Source: Scyliorhinus canicula (lineage: Eukaryota). Taken from it: a DNA stretch of 64,000 bases. Positions 60,127 through 64,000 of this stretch are shown here, piece after piece. The position numbers were made by a program, and so were the translations under genes. The stretch's first letter is position 1. The number at the start of each line of letters is the position of its first letter. The notes below the pieces were generated by a model. That model was not told the DNA's origin and ran no database searches. It was given only the letters and a program-made list of their open reading frames with translations. The stretch lies in assembly GCF_902713615.1 (NCBI RefSeq), contig NC_052161.1, positions 51,092,528 to 51,156,527 on the forward strand, written 5' to 3'.

Positions 60127-60790
60127 TAAGAACGTAAGAACTAGGAGCAGGAGTAGGCCATCTGGCCCCTCGAGCCTGCTCCGCCATTCAATGAGATCAT
60201 GGCTGATCTTTTGTGGACTAAGCTCCACTTTCAGTCCCGAACACCATAACCCTTAATCCCTTTATTCTTCAGAAACTATCTATCTTTACCTTAAAAACAT
60301 TTAATGAAGGAACCTCAACTGCTTCACTGGGCAAGGAATTCCATAGATTCACAACCCTTTGGGTGAAGAAGTTCCTCCTAAACTCAGTCCGAAATCTACT
60401 TCCCCTTATTTTGAGGTTATGTCCCCTAGTTCTGCTTTCACCCCCCTGTGGAAACAACCTGCCCGCATCTATCCTATCTATTCCCTTCATAATTTTAAAT
60501 GTTTCTATAAGATCCCCCCTCATCCTTCTAAATTCCAATGAGTACAGTCCCAGTCTACTCAACCTCTCCTCGTAATCCAACCCCTTCAGCTCTGGGATTA
60601 ACCTAGTGAATCTCCTCTGCACACCCTCCAGTGCCAGAACGTTCTTTCTCAAGTAAGGAGACCAAAACTGAATACAATACTCCAGGTGTGGCCTCATTAA
60701 CACCTTATACAATTGCAGCATAACCTCCCTAGTCTTAAACTCCATCCCTCTAGCAATGAGGGACAAAATTCCATTTGCCTTCTTAATCAC
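60127..60790 (-). mobile_element. CR1 3' fragment
   Basis: ORF 60269-60877; same subfamily as 6312-6831. Confidence 0.93.
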
Positions 60791-61194
60791 ATGCACATTG
60801 ATCCTTACCAACATCTTTTCACCTTGTACAGCTGACACCATTTGCCCTCTCCAAACCGCTGCAATGGTGGGGTGCATCTTATCACCAGGCTATACATTGG
60901 TCTTGCCCTCTACTCTTGTGACACTTTCTCCTCCTTTGAGCACTTCACTTTGTTCCACACATGCTTCCTCCTTATGGCCGTGATTTAATAAAAAACAACA
61001 GTGTTCCATTTTGGAACAAAAAGCAGAGTGTTTCGCAAACACTATAGCGCCAAGAATGACCCCGCTATCAAACAGGACTTTGGTTTTTTGAGAGGAAATG
61101 CCCCACTGAGGCCGCACTTACCTCATCAGTACAGGAAGAGATCAGGATCCAATTTTAAATGCCATCCCGCTCTCTCGACTCCCAACACTGTGGT

Positions 61195-62503
61195 CATAGA
61201 ACATAGAACATTACAGCACAGTACAGGCCCTTCGGCCCTCGATGTTGCGCCGACCTGTGAAACCAATCTAAAGTCCATCTACACTATTCCCTTATCATCT
61301 ATATGTCTATCCAATGACCATTTAAATGCCCTTAATGCTGGCGAGTCCATTACTGTTGCAGGCAGGGCATTTGACGCCCTTACTACTCTCTGAGCAAAGA
61401 ACCTACCTCTGACATCTGTCCTACATCTATCTCCCCTCAATTTAAAGCTATGTCCCCTCGTGCTAGCCATCACCATCCGAGGAAAAAGGCTCTCACAGTC
61501 CACCCTATCTAATCCTCTGATCATCTTGTATGCCTCAATTAATGCATCTCTTATCCTTCTTCTCTCTAACGAAAACAGCCTTAAGTCCCTCAGCCTTTCT
61601 TCATAAGATCTTCCCTCCATACCAGACAACAGCCTAGTAAATCTCCTCTGCACCCTTTCCAATGCTTCCACATCCTTCCTATAATGCGGCGACCAGAACT
61701 GCACGCAATACTCCAAATGCGGCCGCACCTGAGTTTTGTACAACTGCAACATGACCTCATGGCTCCGAAACTCAATTCCTCTACCAATAACAGCTAACAC
61801 ACCGTACGCCTTCTTAACAACCCTTTCAATCTGGGTGGCAACTTTCAGGGATCTATGTACATGGACACCAAGATCTCTTTGCTCATCCACACTACCAAGA
61901 ATCTTACCATTAGCCCAGTAATCTCTATTCCTGTTACTCCTTCCAAAATGAATCACCTCACACTTTTCTGCATTAAACTCCATTTGCCACCTGTCAGCCC
62001 AGCTCTGCAGCTTATCTATGTCCCTCTGTAACCTGCAACATCTTTCCACACTGTCCACAACTCCACCGACTTTAGTGTCATCTGCAAATTTACTCACCAA
62101 TCCTTCTACGCCCTCCTCCAGGTCATTTATAAAAATGACAAACCGCAGTGGCCCCAAAACAGATCCTTGTGGTACACCACTAGTAACTGAACTCCAGGCT
62201 GAACATTTCTCATCAACGATCACCCTCTGTCTTCTTACAGCTAACCAATTTCTGATCCAAACAGCTAAATCACCCTGAATCCCATGCCTCCATATTTTCT
62301 GCAATAGCCTACCATGGGGAACCTTATCAAACGCTTTACAGAAATCCATATACACCACATCAACTGCTTTACCCTCATCCACCTGTTTGGTCACCTTCTC
62401 AAAGAACTCAATAAGGTTGGTGAGGCATGACCTACTCTTCACAAAACCGTGTTCACAATCCCTAATCAAATTATTCCTTTCTAGATGATTATAAATCCTA
62501 TCT
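61195..62503 (-). mobile_element. CR1 LINE, RT domain to 3' tail
   Basis: 396-aa open frame with DFCKAFDKV, GVPQGSVLGP, KFADD; (GTTCTAT)n tail. Confidence 0.96.
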
Positions 62504-62510
62504 CCTATCT

Positions 62511-64000
62511 CTTTTTCTTTTTAAATAATTTTTATTGAAAGAGTTTTTCCATACAGACATTTACCCCTACTAATTTTTAAATTATTTACAACACAATCCC
62601 TCTAGGCAAATGTCCCTCCCTCGCCCGCCCTCTCGCGCGCACCAGCCCTCCCCCCCCCCCCCCCCCCCCCCCAGGCAACCTTAACAAACAAGGCAGCCTA
62701 CAGTTTCAGACATGAGCAGCGAGCAGACTTGCCCGCGTTACAGTCGTGCATGTCCCCCCACGACCCTTGCTGCCCCCCCCCTCCCTCCCCCCCCCTCCCC
62801 CCCCCCCTCCCCCCCCCCCCCCGGGTTGCTGCTGCCACGACCCCGAACGTCTATCTCTGATCTAAAAAGTCAAGGAAAGGTTGCCACCGCCTGGCGAATC
62901 CCTGTACCGACCCTCTCAGGGCAAATTTGATCCTTTCTAGCTGAATATAGCTAGCCATATCGTTAATCCAAGTTTCAACGCTTGGAGGCCTCGCGTCCTT
63001 CCATTGAATTAATATCCTTCGTCGAGCCACTAGGGACGCAAAGGCCAGTATTCCGGCCTCCCTAGCCTCCTGTACCCCCGGTTCTACCCCGACCCCAAAG
63101 ATCGCAAGCCCCCATCCTGGTTTGACCCTGGACCCCACCACCTTCGACACCGTCCTTGCCACCCCCTTCCAGAACCCTTCCAGCACCGGACATGCCCAGA
63201 ACATATGCACATGGTTCGCTGGGCTTCCCAGACATCTGACACACCTGTCCTCACCCCCAAAGAACCGGCTCATCCTTGTCCCCGTCATGTGAGCTCTATG
63301 CAGCACCTTAAATTGAATGAGGCTCAGTCTCGCACACGAGGAGGAAGAGTTGACCTTCTCCAGTGCATCCGCCCACGTCCCGTCTTCTATCTGCTCTCCC
63401 AGCTCCCCTTCCCACTTGGCTTTCAGCTCCTCCCCTGATGCTGCTTCCGCCTCCTGCATTATCTTGTAGATGTCTGATATCTTCCCCCCTCCGACCCAGA
63501 CCCCCGAGAGCACCCTATCACTCGCCCCCTTACTGGGGAGCAGGGGAAACCCCTCCACCTGCCGCCTAGCAAATGCCTTCACTTGTAAATATCTGAACAT
63601 GTTTCCCGGGGGGAGCTCAAACTTCTCCTCCAGCCCTCCCAGGCTCGCAAACCTCCCCTCTATAAACAGGTCCTTCAGCTGCCGTATGCCCACCCTATAC
63701 CAGCTCTGAAATCCCCCGTCGATGTTCCCCGGGATGAATCTATGGTTCCCTCTTATTGGCGCCGCCAACAGACCTCCCATTTCCCCCCTATGTCGCCTCC
63801 ACTGCCCCCATATCTTGAGGGTGGCCGCCACCACCGGGCTCGTGGTGTACCTCGTGGGGGGGAGCGGCCATGGTGCCGTTACTAGGGCCCCCAGGCTTGT
63901 GTTGCCACAGGACGCCCTCTCCATTCGTTTCCAAGCTGCCCCCTCCCCTTCCATCATCCACTTGCGCACCATTGACACATTTGCCGCCCAGTAGTACCCC
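62511..64000 (-). mobile_element. L1/Tx1-clade LINE 3' portion running off the window; probably inserted into the adjacent CR1
   Basis: 375-aa ORF 62851-63978 with CVRC..HMFWAC; G-rich 3' UTR; T-rich tail abuts the CR1. Confidence 0.93.

Overview
Eukaryotic, repeat-dense vertebrate genomic DNA, most likely an elasmobranch (shark, catshark-like); this is inferred from HE1/V-SINE-type SINEs and CR1 tails. The window lies inside KNDC1 (v-KIND), transcribed on the + strand. I traced 12 coding exons (9734-51485, 3284 nt, all GT-AG, phases consistent) covering the end of KIND1, all of KIND2 and the central region; the start and the RasGEF exons lie outside the window. The introns hold an intact, very young 4637-bp Ty3/Gypsy LTR retrotransposon (323-4959; identical 254-bp LTRs, CTCAG TSD, one 1328-aa gag-pol ORF), a related solo LTR, many CR1 and L1/Tx1-clade fragments, a hAT/Charlie deletion derivative, a Vingi/Ingi-like fossil, palindromic GC-rich MITEs and several SINE families. 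The most striking object is the Gypsy element. It has no tRNA primer-binding site; instead the PBS position is a perfect 16-nt complement of its own R region ending in the AATAAA signal (self-priming and/or poly(A) occlusion). Its RT catalytic motif is YLDN rather than YxDD, and its PPT can fold into a hairpin. A diverged solo LTR nearby keeps the same TATA/poly(A)/end spacing. Family names come from recalled consensus features, not from database searches.
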